A DNA stretch of 64,000 bases from an uncultured virus (IMG/VR IMGVR_UViG_3300018023_000193) (IMGVR_UViG_3300018023_000193), one strand, 5' to 3'. Counted from the stretch's first letter, positions 35,976 to 46,074 are shown. The notes: generated from the sequence alone by a model not told the origin. Made by a program: numbers and translations.

Positions 35976-38767
35976 TATCCACCACCAAAAGCATTTAATC
36001 TTCTTGTATCTCTATAAGTATTATCTAAATTATTTGGATCTTGTTGTTGAGATAAAACCGCAGTTGTATTTAAATTTGTATTAGAAGGAATTATAACTGT
36101 AGAATTTGTTCCAGAAGTAGATTGCGTAGCTTTCAGATCTTCATTTTGTTTAGTCATAGCCATTATAGCTACACCAGATTGAGGTGGTGGCGGTGTTAAT
36201 TGTCTAATATTATTTGAATCTGGTATTAAATCAGATGTTAATAAATCTGCATCTTCCTTACGTCTTGCAACTAATCCAGGTAATTCAGAATATCTTTCAC
36301 CTGTTTTCTTATTTACAAATTTTCCTTGAGGGTCTTTGGCTTTTGTATATAATTTCATCCTTTTAGCAGCCCCTCTAAAATCACCTACATTCATATTTTC
36401 GGCAATATTAGGAATACCAGAAGGCACATTATATGCAAAATCAACCAAAGAATCGAACATTTTTTGAGTAACAGGAGTATGCACATATTTTTTAACTAAG
36501 TTTTCTGCTTTTTGGGCATCATGCACTAATAAATTTTCTGCATCAGATTTGGTGATTTTTGTAAAATGTTCATTAGGTAAAATTTTATGGCCAAAACCAA
36601 TTGAATACCCATCTACATCCCAATAAGGTGTTGGATGGAATTTATTACTAGCTTCACTTCCTTTAATTTTTTTATATCCATTATCATCTAGGTGCATATC
36701 TTGGATATCAACCACATTTTCATTAACTCCAGGTATGCCAAGAGATATCATTGTTGGGATTCCTTCAGATGGACCCAATTGTTGATTAATTGGAGACTGT
36801 TGTAGTTCAAGGGGTTGTTTTGGTCCAGTTGTTACAGAAATATTATTTGTTTCTTTTTTATTTGTTTCAGTTCCTGCATTTTCTCCAAGATTAGTATTTT
36901 CTCCAGGAACAGCAATATGAATATTTCCTGTATCAATACCAGTTTCAATTTTTTCTGGTGGTAAAGGTTCTGCGGGAATTTCAGATTCTTTTTCCTTTTC
37001 TCTAGCCTTTTTTCTAAATTCACTTGCTTTATGAGAAGCCCAAGCACCTGGAACCCAATCTAATAAAGAAGCGGCAAAATTATAAAAAGCAATTTCTAAT
37101 GATGCTGTAATTGATTTAAATAATTTGCCTATTTTTTCTCCAGAACTTTGGAAAAATTTAGCTATATTTTCTCCACCAATCCATCCTAATATTCCACCAA
37201 TTGCTGCTCCTAAAAGCCCACCAGCTAATGTTCCTATTACAGGAACAAAAGAACCTATAGTAGCTCCAATTAAAGCCCATTTACCCATTTGAGTAAAGGT
37301 ATTTAACATTTTATTTTTGATAGAACCACCTAACATTCCACCTAAAGTACCAGCTACTTTAGAAACTCCCCATTCACTTGATTTAAAATATCCTAATATA
37401 GAATCAACCGCTAAAAGTAAAATAGAACCACCAACCATTGCAATAGGTCCAGCACTAGCTAATAAAGATCCTATTCCACCAAATTTAGATAATAAACCAC
37501 CAAATAAACCACCTAATAACCCACCAAATATACCATGTCCACCTGCTGCTTGTGTCTTATCAGATTTTTTACCTTTAAGTGATTCAATGGAATCAATTAA
37601 TTCTTTTTGTCTTTTTTCTTCATCTTCTTTTTTCTTTTCTTCAGCATCAAGTTGTTCATCGGTTTGTTCTTTATTTTCTCGATGATAAAGAGCTATTTCT
37701 TTACTAATACCAATTGCAGAAACTTTAATATCCTCTAAAGGTTTTTCAATCTTATCAAGGATCATTGGTTGCCCTTGTAAATCTTTAACCGAAGGAGTTA
37801 TACCATATCCAGATACAAATCTTCCTCCTTCACGATTTCTATAATTCTGCATATTTGGTGCTTCTAGTCTTTTAGGTTCAGAAGGTGGCATTTGATAAGC
37901 TCCACGTTCTAATTGTCGAGGACCTAAATCCATATATTCAGCATCAATAATAGGAGATTCTTCTTCTTGATATGGTGCTTTTAATAATCTTGGAAGAGGT
38001 GGTAATATTTCAGGAGTTAATATTTCTGGAACTTCTTCATTTACAAATTCTTCAGATGTTTGTGGTGTTTCTTTTGTTTTTCGATTTTTAGTTTCTTTAG
38101 TTGATAGTTTTTGACCAAATTTCTTTGGTTTTATATTTCTTTGTTTTTGACGATTTAATAAATCACGATATGCTAATGAATCTATAAGTGGTTGGTGTTC
38201 TTGTTTTTTAGCCGCTTCTTTTGATTCTTTTCTTTTTTCAAGGATATATTTAATACCAAGACCAATAATAGGATTTCTTGAAGTTAATGCTGCGGTAATA
38301 CTAATAGCATCAATTTCATTACGTTTTAAAAAATCGCCAATTTTATGCCCTAATTTAGACCGAGATTTAATTTCTTCATTTAATTTATTGGCCATAAGGC
38401 CATATTGTTCATAAACACTTTGACCTTGTTTAGAAAGTCCTAATGTTTCTTTGGCCATTCCTTCAAGGTTTTCTAATCTTTTTTTATTGGTTTTTAATTC
38501 AAAAATTGAAGATTCTTTAATACTATTGGCAATTTGTTCAAATCTTTTATCAAAAAAACTACCTAGTTCATTTCTTCCTGGTTGACCAGGTACTTTTCCA
38601 GATATTTGGGAAAGTTTCATATTATTTTGAAGATCTAACATTGATACTTCAAAATGACCCAAAGTTTTTTCAAGGTTACCTAAAGATTTTTGGATTCTGG
38701 CAGTTATGGCAGATATACTGGCATCTATTTGTCTTGTATTTAATGTAGGATCTTGTGATAATGCCAT
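35975..38767 (-). CDS. tape-measure/baseplate-hub-like protein with C-terminal GH24 phage lysozyme domain
   Basis: Coiled coil, Gly/Ala-rich hydrophobic segment, then E..PYWD..G.SIGFGH, Q..FD.LV.F.YN, GL..RR.. Confidence 0.8.
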   Translation of the reverse strand: MALSQDPTLNTRQIDASISAITARIQKSLGNLEKTLGHFEVSMLDLQNNMKLSQISGKVPGQPGRNELGSFFDKRFEQIANSIKESSIFELKTNKKRLENLEGMAKETLGLSKQGQSVYEQYGLMANKLNEEIKSRSKLGHKIGDFLKRNEIDAISITAALTSRNPIIGLGIKYILEKRKESKEAAKKQEHQPLIDSLAYRDLLNRQKQRNIKPKKFGQKLSTKETKNRKTKETPQTSEEFVNEEVPEILTPEILPPLPRLLKAPYQEEESPIIDAEYMDLGPRQLERGAYQMPPSEPKRLEAPNMQNYRNREGGRFVSGYGITPSVKDLQGQPMILDKIEKPLEDIKVSAIGISKEIALYHRENKEQTDEQLDAEEKKKEDEEKRQKELIDSIESLKGKKSDKTQAAGGHGIFGGLLGGLFGGLLSKFGGIGSLLASAGPIAMVGGSILLLAVDSILGYFKSSEWGVSKVAGTLGGMLGGSIKNKMLNTFTQMGKWALIGATIGSFVPVIGTLAGGLLGAAIGGILGWIGGENIAKFFQSSGEKIGKLFKSITASLEIAFYNFAASLLDWVPGAWASHKASEFRKKAREKEKESEIPAEPLPPEKIETGIDTGNIHIAVPGENTNLGENAGTETNKKETNNISVTTGPKQPLELQQSPINQQLGPSEGIPTMISLGIPGVNENVVDIQDMHLDDNGYKKIKGSEASNKFHPTPYWDVDGYSIGFGHKILPNEHFTKITKSDAENLLVHDAQKAENLVKKYVHTPVTQKMFDSLVDFAYNVPSGIPNIAENMNVGDFRGAAKRMKLYTKAKDPQGKFVNKKTGERYSELPGLVARRKEDADLLTSDLIPDSNNIRQLTPPPPQSGVAIMAMTKQNEDLKATQSTSGTNSTVIIPSNTNLNTTAVLSQQQDPNNLDNTYRDTRRLNAFGGG

Positions 38768-38782
38768 AACTTTTCCTTTAAA

Positions 38783-39004
38783 TTATTTTCCTTCTATTTT
38801 TCCTAATTGTTTTCCAGTTACAAAGGTACAAAAAGCAGTACCAAAACTTTGATATACTTCTTTTTGGTGAGAAGCAATACCATAAACAGTTAATGAGAAT
38901 AACATTACAATAATTGCACCACTTAAACTCAATGCTTCAAAAAACTTATAAATCCAATTAACATTGTCTTTAGATGGTATTAAAGTTTCATTATCTGGGA
39001 CCAT
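38783..39004 (-). CDS. small membrane protein
   Basis: Two hydrophobic segments, 73 aa. Confidence 0.55.
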   Translation of the reverse strand: MVPDNETLIPSKDNVNWIYKFFEALSLSGAIIVMLFSLTVYGIASHQKEVYQSFGTAFCTFVTGKQLGKIEGK

Positions 39005-39182
39005 ATTTTTTCTCCAATCTTTCGTTTTCTTCTTTAATCCATTTAATTACTAATTCTGTATATATTTTACGTTCCCAAGGAATCATATTTTCTAACTCAG
39101 TCAACGAATATTTTTGATGCATCATTAATTCGTGATTCCATAATATTAAGTTTGGAAGGGTTTCGTGGCTGAGGCCGAGGCT
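38991..39182 (-). CDS. gp51: gp51-like hub/tail assembly chaperone segment (probably reached by -1 frameshift; first ATG at 39125)
   Basis: LSHETL..L...N..LM.HQKYSLTELENMIPWERKIY; absent from ORF track. Confidence 0.8.
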   Translation of the reverse strand, partial: SLGLSHETLPNLILWNHELMMHQKYSLTELENMIPWERKIYTELVIKWIKEENERLEKKYGPR

Positions 39183-39958
39183 AAAAAACTTTTAGTCCCT
39201 TCAATAACAATATTAGCTTCATGTTTACATCTAGGACAATGGAATTTAACTTCTACTTTAATTTTAGGTAAAGTTTCAAAAAATTTCATAATTTTAACAA
39301 ATTCTAATTGTGGAAGAGATTCTAAAAATTCAATCACTTCGGTTTTTTCTAAATGTTGTTTTTCATAAGTTTTATTATCTGTAGAATCATAAATTAAAGT
39401 AATACATTCAGCCACAACAGATAAATTTCCTTCAATATCATTTTCATTTTTTACTTTTAATAAATGTTGAAGAGTTTCGATTGTAGGATAACATAATACA
39501 ACTGTAATTCCTTCTAATAAAGAAATTTTTGGATCATTTGTAGGATCTTTTGTAACTTCTACTTTATCTAAATTAATAGGGACATTTACTATTTGTCCAC
39601 AATAATTTCTTTTATTTCCTTCAGAATCGGTTAATATTTGCCCTTCTGGTAAAGGTTGCCGGCATTCAAAAGGTACAGTTACAATTTCTTCAACTGACCA
39701 CCGACGAATTTTTAACCAAAGATAATCAAGGTCAAATAATGGTAATTTTTCAACATTTATTTTTTTACCAGCTTCATTTGGTAAAATACAATTATTTAAA
39801 ATTTGGCGTAAAGTTCTAATTTGAACTTCTTCATCATCATCCGCCGCTAGTAATAATAATTTTTCTTCCTTTACAGTAAAAGGAGTAAAAAGAACTTTTT
39901 CTCCTGTTGAAGGAAGAATTAATGAATGTATTGGTAATTTAATTTTTGGTAGACTCAT
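39146..39958 (-). CDS. gp26: baseplate hub assembly chaperone gp26
   Basis: MSLPKI..P...L.LPSTG..V...PF.VKEEK.LL, FD..Y..L.IR..SV.E, F.....P, C..C, IEG..SF. Confidence 0.9.
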   Translation of the reverse strand: MSLPKIKLPIHSLILPSTGEKVLFTPFTVKEEKLLLLAADDDEEVQIRTLRQILNNCILPNEAGKKINVEKLPLFDLDYLWLKIRRWSVEEIVTVPFECRQPLPEGQILTDSEGNKRNYCGQIVNVPINLDKVEVTKDPTNDPKISLLEGITVVLCYPTIETLQHLLKVKNENDIEGNLSVVAECITLIYDSTDNKTYEKQHLEKTEVIEFLESLPQLEFVKIMKFFETLPKIKVEVKFHCPRCKHEANIVIEGTKSFLASASATKPFQT

Positions 39959-39964
39959 ATTTCC

Positions 39965-40765
39965 TTATTTGGATACCGAAATAGTATTTCTAAAAGGTGT
40001 TGGAGGGGCCCCTCTTGGTTGGATACTAGTTGGTGTTCCTGTATTCACTTTCAAATTTATCCATTTACGATATGTAAATGTGACAGGTAAAACATGGTAA
40101 GAATTCATATCGGCATATTCTAATTTCAATTCTCCAATATTGATAGGCCATGCCTGAAATAATCTTACCCCATAATTGCTATTATTATATTCATCCATTT
40201 GAAGAATATCAACCGTAGTGGCATATTCATTCACATAATTAAAATCAGAAGATGATGGATCTTGAATTGTATAAGACCATGCATCAAAAAAATCTCGCTC
40301 AAACATATCTCTTCCAACAATAAAATATAATGTAATATTAGAATAAACATCTACATTAGGCATTTGGAAAATAGCACCATATGTTTTAGCATCTGTAGCA
40401 GAAAATTGTTTTCCAGGTAATTCAACACGGCAACACATTATATCTAATCTATCAGGAGAATTAGAAGCAGATAATCCCATTATTGTAAAATAATCTTGTA
40501 CAATTCCTAATGATTGCGGACTTTGCCCTTGTAATTGAGCATATCCTTGTATATTTTGTTGTGCTTGTGGTGATAAACTATTTGAAGCCACATTAGAAAC
40601 TATTCTTGGTGGAACAATTTGAACTGAAAATCTATTTGTTCTTGAAACTCCACCAGCATCCATTATTTGAGAAATTATTTCTTGAATACCCGATGTAGGA
40701 CTACCAGATCTTAGTAATGAAGTTACGTAAGATGATACCTGGGAAATTGTGGAAGCGATTGGCAT
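39965..40765 (-). CDS. gp54: baseplate-tail tube initiator (gp54-like)
   Basis: GG..R.NRF.V, C...LPG, FFD.W, L..AWP..I..L, L.VTF.YR.W; TATAAATA at 40772-40779 (-). Confidence 0.75.
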   Translation of the reverse strand: MPIASTISQVSSYVTSLLRSGSPTSGIQEIISQIMDAGGVSRTNRFSVQIVPPRIVSNVASNSLSPQAQQNIQGYAQLQGQSPQSLGIVQDYFTIMGLSASNSPDRLDIMCCRVELPGKQFSATDAKTYGAIFQMPNVDVYSNITLYFIVGRDMFERDFFDAWSYTIQDPSSSDFNYVNEYATTVDILQMDEYNNSNYGVRLFQAWPINIGELKLEYADMNSYHVLPVTFTYRKWINLKVNTGTPTSIQPRGAPPTPFRNTISVSK

Positions 40766-40774
40766 ATAATATAT

Positions 40775-41512
40775 TTATATCTTATGTGGTAATCCATTTG
40801 TATTAACTGTTTTTTGAACCGGAGAGGTTGTCACTGTTGGAGTATGTGGTATATTTGTTGTTTTAGGTAATCCTGTCGGCCCTTTCTGTTCTCCAGAAAT
40901 AATTCTTTCTGAATCAGCCCAAACAAATGTTTTGCTCCGTTTAACAAATTGTTCAACTGGAAGAAATAATGCAGTTTCCCAATCAGGTGAATTAATCCTT
41001 ACATAATGTGATCTTACATGTTGAAATAAATATTTTTTCAAACAAGGTTTAAAAGCTTTAAATCTAGCAAAACCTTTTAACATCCTATATGCTATTTGAA
41101 TACGGGCCCGTGGATCATTTTGATTTCTATTTGACATTAATTCTAATTGTCGGAAAAGTTCTAATCGAGTATTATATCCAAGATAATGTAAATTTAATCC
41201 TATAAAACCTTCTCGATTATAATCAATGGGGAAAACTAAAGGAAATCTATCATAATATGGAAGAACCTTTTTATATTTTGGATCATAATAAAACAAATAC
41301 ATTAAACCAGGTAAAATATTTTCCGTACTTCTATTAGGATCGGCTAATAAATGAGGACGTAAAGTATCTCCTCGATAAAAATGTCCTGTAGGACTTTCAC
41401 TTAATTTTCTAATTTGATTTCTATACCATTTTATAGAACCAGCTTGAGTATTTGAAAATGGTTCTTTCTGAAGTTTTTCACGAACACGATCTAAAATAGA
41501 AATATATGCCAT
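40775..41512 (-). CDS. gp2: DNA end protector protein gp2
   Basis: S..WY, G.MY.F.YDPK.K..LPYYD.FPL, GLNLHYL, W..A..LP...F, VW.DS. Confidence 0.93.
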   Translation of the reverse strand: MAYISILDRVREKLQKEPFSNTQAGSIKWYRNQIRKLSESPTGHFYRGDTLRPHLLADPNRSTENILPGLMYLFYYDPKYKKVLPYYDRFPLVFPIDYNREGFIGLNLHYLGYNTRLELFRQLELMSNRNQNDPRARIQIAYRMLKGFARFKAFKPCLKKYLFQHVRSHYVRINSPDWETALFLPVEQFVKRSKTFVWADSERIISGEQKGPTGLPKTTNIPHTPTVTTSPVQKTVNTNGLPHKI

Positions 41513-41520
41513 ATAGATAT

Positions 41521-41955
41521 TTATCTCATGCATTCCGTTTCAGTCATGAGTTTAAAAATATAATCATGAGCAATACACCAATTTTTGGCGGCTTCCCATT
41601 TAGATAAATTTATAGCATATCTTTCTACCGCATTATAATATGATTTGGTTTTTCTTTTAGGAATTTTAGGTGGTTGAGTAAATTTATATGGTTTAACTTC
41701 AATCATATATTTCTTTTCTTGTTTATTTTTATCCAAAACTTTTACAAGAAAATCAGGAAAATATTTATGAACTTTTTGATCAACTGGAGATACATAAGGA
41801 ATAAATGATTCTTCTGAAGCCCAAGCTAAAACATTTGAACTAGAATCAAAAGTTCTCATACAATTTCGTTCCCAAATAGAACGATAAATAATATTATGTG
41901 GGTTTCCTTTATATTTTTCAGGATGTATAAGTGTGAATTTTCCTTTATAAGGCAT
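41521..41955 (-). CDS. gp4: head completion nuclease gp4
   Basis: YKGKF...P.KY.G, YRS.WE, W.SEE..IPY.SP.D, YFPDF, IEVKP, KW.AA. Confidence 0.95.
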   Translation of the reverse strand: MPYKGKFTLIHPEKYKGNPHNIIYRSIWERNCMRTFDSSSNVLAWASEESFIPYVSPVDQKVHKYFPDFLVKVLDKNKQEKKYMIEVKPYKFTQPPKIPKRKTKSYYNAVERYAINLSKWEAAKNWCIAHDYIFKLMTETECMR

Positions 41956-41957
41956 AG

Positions 41958-41973
41958 TATAAATAATATTTAG
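41958..41973. promoter_or_regulatory. adjacent divergent late promoters (gp48 +, gp4 -)
   Basis: TATAAATA 41958-65 (+) and CTAAATA 41973-67 (-). Confidence 0.65.
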
Positions 41974-41978
41974 ACAAT

Positions 41979-42959
41979 ATGATGCCATCTATTCCAACTT
42001 CAACGGGGTCAGTTTTACCACCTAATACATCTAATCCTTTAGCTAAATTAGAATCAAATGGATATAATGTATCCAGTTTTACTTATCCAATAGATTTAAC
42101 AAGCGATCCTGGAGAACAACATATGGTTTTATTTTATATTAATACTATAAAATCAACTTTAGGTGTTAGTGGTTCACAATATGCAACAAATGGTGGTACA
42201 CCTGTAGATTCAAATGGAAATCCTGCAACACCACAGGTAAATTCAAATAGTAATACAACTACATATAATAAAAATAATATTAATAGAGTTTCGACATTAA
42301 TTGCTTTATATATACCTTCTTTTCAAACCACATATGCAACAGATTGGGGACAACAAGAATTTGGACAATTTGGTGCTATAGGTAAAGCTCTTGCAGGAGG
42401 AAATTCTTCCATACAAAGAGCAATTGAAGAATTTGGTCTTCAAATAGGTGTAGGTGCTGTAAAGGATCTTGAAGATATAATATCTAAACATATAGGATTA
42501 AATGCTCCACTTTTAGAAGCTGGAACTTTTATAACTAAAACTGCTATTAATCCTCATTTAGAAATGTTATTCCGAGGAATTGGATTTAGAACTTTTCAAT
42601 TCCAATTTAAATTTACTCCTAGATCTGAACAAGAAGCTCTTACAGTTGCAAATATTATTAGTGCATTTAAATTTTATTCTGCTCCAGAGGTTAGATCGGA
42701 TAAAAATACAGCTAAATTTTTAATTTATCCTTCTGAATTTGATATTGAATTTTGGAGTAATGGAAAACAAAATAATTTCTTAAATAAAATATCTACCTGT
42801 GCTCTTACATCAATGACAGTTGATCCTATGGCATCGGGTGCATGGTCAGCATTTAGACCAGGAACTAATATTAATGGTATGGCAGTTGAAACAAATCTTT
42901 CATTAACATTCCAAGAACTTGAAGTTATTACCAAAAATCGTATATATGAGGGTTACTAA
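41979..42959 (+). CDS. gp48: baseplate tail tube cap gp48
   Basis: YP.D, I.LY.P, NP..E.LF.G..FR.F.F.F...PRS..EA, YP..F.I, L.F.E. Confidence 0.88.
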   Translation: MMPSIPTSTGSVLPPNTSNPLAKLESNGYNVSSFTYPIDLTSDPGEQHMVLFYINTIKSTLGVSGSQYATNGGTPVDSNGNPATPQVNSNSNTTTYNKNNINRVSTLIALYIPSFQTTYATDWGQQEFGQFGAIGKALAGGNSSIQRAIEEFGLQIGVGAVKDLEDIISKHIGLNAPLLEAGTFITKTAINPHLEMLFRGIGFRTFQFQFKFTPRSEQEALTVANIISAFKFYSAPEVRSDKNTAKFLIYPSEFDIEFWSNGKQNNFLNKISTCALTSMTVDPMASGAWSAFRPGTNINGMAVETNLSLTFQELEVITKNRIYEGY

Positions 42960-43004
42960 CTTCTTTATTTTCAATAAGTTATGATATGATGTATAAATAC
43001 TTTT

Positions 43005-43730
43005 ATGTATATCATTTACAAACACACTAATATAATTAATGATTTGGCTTATATTGGTTATACTTGCCAAACCATTGAAAATCGTTGGAAAGCACATATA
43101 AAATCGTCTTTAAAACAAGAATGGAAATTTAGTCAAGCAATCAAACAAATTCCCTATCAATTTTGGGACCACGAAATCCTTATAGATAATATCTTAACTT
43201 TGGAAGAAGCCAAGAAATTAGAAATTGAAATGATTGCCAAGTATAACACTTATTATAATGGTTATAATATGAATTTAGGTGGATCTGGCAGGCAAAAATA
43301 TACTATGTCTGAAAAAATAAAAAAGAAAATAAGTCAAGCAACTAAATTGGCTATGTCTCGACCTGAAATTAAAAAGAAAATGTCAGAATTCCAGAAGAAA
43401 TATTTTAAAGAACATCCAGAAAAACATCCTATGAAAGGGAAAAAACATTCTCAAGCATCTATTGAAAAAATGTCAAATTCTCATTTACAAATGACAGAAG
43501 AAACGAAAAAGAAAATTGGTCAAGGATCTAAAAAGACTTGGAAAAATCCTGAAACTCGTAAAAAAAGAATACATCACCTTCAAAATATGTCTCCGGAAAC
43601 TCGGCAAAAGATGTCTTTTGCCAAAAAAGGAAAACCATCTTGGAATAAAGGTAAAAAATGGCCAAAAGAAACAATTGAAAAAATGCGCCAAACAAAATTA
43701 GGTAAAAGAAAATTAGAGGTATGTATTTAA
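43005..43730 (+). CDS. free-standing GIY-YIG homing endonuclease with NUMOD3 repeats
   Basis: IIYKHTN..N...YIGYT, RW, LEIEMI, GYNMN.GG; TATAAATA at 42992-99; close paralogue of gene at 10378. Confidence 0.92.
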   Translation: MYIIYKHTNIINDLAYIGYTCQTIENRWKAHIKSSLKQEWKFSQAIKQIPYQFWDHEILIDNILTLEEAKKLEIEMIAKYNTYYNGYNMNLGGSGRQKYTMSEKIKKKISQATKLAMSRPEIKKKMSEFQKKYFKEHPEKHPMKGKKHSQASIEKMSNSHLQMTEETKKKIGQGSKKTWKNPETRKKRIHHLQNMSPETRQKMSFAKKGKPSWNKGKKWPKETIEKMRQTKLGKRKLEVCI

Positions 43731-44269
43731 TGCCAACATCCTATTTTTCAAAATTTCCAACTACCATATATGATATAGATAATACTGGAACAAATGTCCG
43801 TTTTATTACAGATATTATTCATAGAGCCAAATTTCTTGAGATTGTTCGAAAAAATATAATCGTTTTTTATCCTTATCATATTAAAGAAGGAGAAACACCA
43901 GATATTATTGCTGAAAAATTATATGGATCTTCCATGTATTATTGGGTAGTAATGTTTGCAAATAATATTTTTGATATTTGGAATGATTGGCCACTTTCTT
44001 ATGACCAATTTATTGCATATTTAAATAAAAAATATGGATCGGTCCAAGTGGCTCAATCAACGATAGATCATTATGAAGACAATTTAGGTGCTTGGATTGA
44101 TTTAGCCACATATAATGCCACATTTGCACAAGGTAGTATAAAAGTTTATTCTTATGATTATGAAACTACCTTGAATGAAGAAAAGAAAAATATACAATTA
44201 GTGGATCCTCAATATATAACAATAATCGAAAATGAATTGGATGCATTGATGGTTCCTCCATCACAATAA
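43730..44269 (+). CDS. gp53: baseplate wedge protein gp53
   Basis: YFS.FP...Y, Y.I..GETPD.IA.K.YG...Y.W, DWP, YE...NE.K. Confidence 0.92.
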   Translation: MPTSYFSKFPTTIYDIDNTGTNVRFITDIIHRAKFLEIVRKNIIVFYPYHIKEGETPDIIAEKLYGSSMYYWVVMFANNIFDIWNDWPLSYDQFIAYLNKKYGSVQVAQSTIDHYEDNLGAWIDLATYNATFAQGSIKVYSYDYETTLNEEKKNIQLVDPQYITIIENELDALMVPPSQ

Positions 44270-44270
44270 T

Positions 44271-45533
44271 ATGGACAGACATGCTACAGATTTTGAATTA
44301 AAAGAAGTTGTATTGGAAAGTATTACTGGAGATAATATTGATTTAGTATTATTGGTTACTGAAATTAATGTTTATGAAAACCTTTTTAATTCTTCCATAA
44401 CAGCAGATTTTGTAATTAACGATGCATTAAATACAATTAAAAATTTACCTATTACAGGACATGAATGGATTAGATTTTCATTTAAAACACCAGGAAACCC
44501 AAATTTTATCCAATTACATTTAAGAGTTTATAAAATTGATGCAAGAGAATTAGAAAAAGAAAGAAGACAATTTTATATTTTACGGTGTATCGATAATATA
44601 GAATTTATCAATGCTCAAACCAGAATAAGTAAATCTTATAAAGGGATGTTAATTTCTGATATTGCTAATGATATTCAAACCAATTTTCTTTCTTCTTCTT
44701 TTATTTCGATTGAACCAACAAAGAATCTTTTCCATATTATTCCTCCATATTGGACTCCTATTAAAACTTTAAATTTTTTGGCATCACGAGCAAATAGTCA
44801 AAAATATGTTGGATCAAATTATGTTTATTATCAAACTGTAGATGGTTTTAATTTTGAATCAATCGAAAGTCTTTGTGATACTTATCCTCCAGTTCAAAAT
44901 TATATTTTTCAAACAGCTAATGTCCGTAAAGATATTCCTGAAGGATATAAACCACGAACAGTTGATTTAGATCAAATAGCTTTAGAATCCTATAAATTTG
45001 CAAATAATTTAGATACATTGGAAAATATTACAAATGGGATGTATACCAACCGCCTTATATGGCATGATATACAAAGAAAACAATTTGGAATTAATGATTT
45101 TGATTATCCTAATTCTTATCCAAATTTTCAACATATTGAACCTAATAATGTAAAAGGTGGATTATCTTATCTATGGACTTCAAAATCAGATTTTAATACT
45201 AATGTATATGGTGAATGTAAATTATATCCCATTGGTTTACCAGGACAAGAAAATCATGTGGCAGATTGGATGCAGCCAAGATTATCTCAAATGCAACAGC
45301 TTCAAAATATCCGTTTATATGTCACTATTCCTGGAGATAGCCTTCGGCGTGTAGGAGATTTGGTTTCTGTTACTTTACCTTCACCTGAAGCTTTAGTTGA
45401 AGATCAATTACAATTAGAAGATTATTTAACCGATCGATATTTGGTTGTAGGGGTACGTCATACAATTAACAAAGCTAAATATGTAACACATTTAGAATTG
45501 GTAAAAGATTCAATTTTTAAAGCTTATCCATAA
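44271..45533 (+). CDS. baseplate hub protein (gp27-like position)
   Basis: I.VYE.LF...ITA...I.D, LPI.G.E, IP...P, GF.F.S, PGD...VGD, YLV..VRH. Confidence 0.7.
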   Translation: MDRHATDFELKEVVLESITGDNIDLVLLVTEINVYENLFNSSITADFVINDALNTIKNLPITGHEWIRFSFKTPGNPNFIQLHLRVYKIDARELEKERRQFYILRCIDNIEFINAQTRISKSYKGMLISDIANDIQTNFLSSSFISIEPTKNLFHIIPPYWTPIKTLNFLASRANSQKYVGSNYVYYQTVDGFNFESIESLCDTYPPVQNYIFQTANVRKDIPEGYKPRTVDLDQIALESYKFANNLDTLENITNGMYTNRLIWHDIQRKQFGINDFDYPNSYPNFQHIEPNNVKGGLSYLWTSKSDFNTNVYGECKLYPIGLPGQENHVADWMQPRLSQMQQLQNIRLYVTIPGDSLRRVGDLVSVTLPSPEALVEDQLQLEDYLTDRYLVVGVRHTINKAKYVTHLELVKDSIFKAYP

Positions 45534-45540
45534 ATAGAAC

Positions 45541-45569
45541 TTGACAATCTATTCTTTTTATGATATAAT
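45541..45569 (+). promoter_or_regulatory. sigma70-type promoter opening an accessory island
   Basis: Consensus TTGACA-17-TATAAT with TGn. Confidence 0.85.
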
Positions 45570-45575
45570 AAAATC

Positions 45576-45797
45576 GTGGATGAATATAAAAATCAAACTC
45601 CTAGGCCAATTCCAGGAGATATAATTATAAAAGAAATAAAATATCCCATTTGTAAAGAATGTGGATTTTTAGTCGGAGAAACTGGTGGTTGTGCTTATGG
45701 GTGTCCAAAAGATTATGACCACTATCCTAAAAAAGATATATTCTATGCTGTTTATAAACAAAGTATGGAATTTTTGAGAGATGAAAATGTGGAATAA
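45576..45797 (+). CDS. small zinc-ribbon hypothetical protein
   Basis: CKECG..GC..GC. Confidence 0.55.
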   Translation: MDEYKNQTPRPIPGDIIIKEIKYPICKECGFLVGETGGCAYGCPKDYDHYPKKDIFYAVYKQSMEFLRDENVE

Positions 45798-46074
45798 ATT
45801 AAAACATTTATGGCATGAATTTGATTTTTGGTTTTGTAAAGATCTTATTGAAGATGAATTAACACAAGCTTTACATCCAGATTTTGGATATGTATGGATG
45901 GAAGGTGGGGATGGAGATAGATTTATAAAAGAAGCTAGGCTTCAAGGATTTAAAGCGGGACAAAAAGATATTTTAGGTGAATTTAAAGATTTGGAAGAAC
46001 TGGAAAATCATTTCTTTTTGGAAGGTTATGATTTAGCTCATAATGATTGGCCACTTTCTTATTACAATCATTAA
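45781..46074 (+). CDS. hypothetical protein
   Basis: Overlapping ORF. Confidence 0.55.
   Translation: MKMWNKLKHLWHEFDFWFCKDLIEDELTQALHPDFGYVWMEGGDGDRFIKEARLQGFKAGQKDILGEFKDLEELENHFFLEGYDLAHNDWPLSYYNH

Noticed and set aside
38783..39004. Calling the small membrane protein a holin
   Set aside because: Topology fits, but the neighbouring lysozyme belongs to a structural protein and no family motif is recognisable
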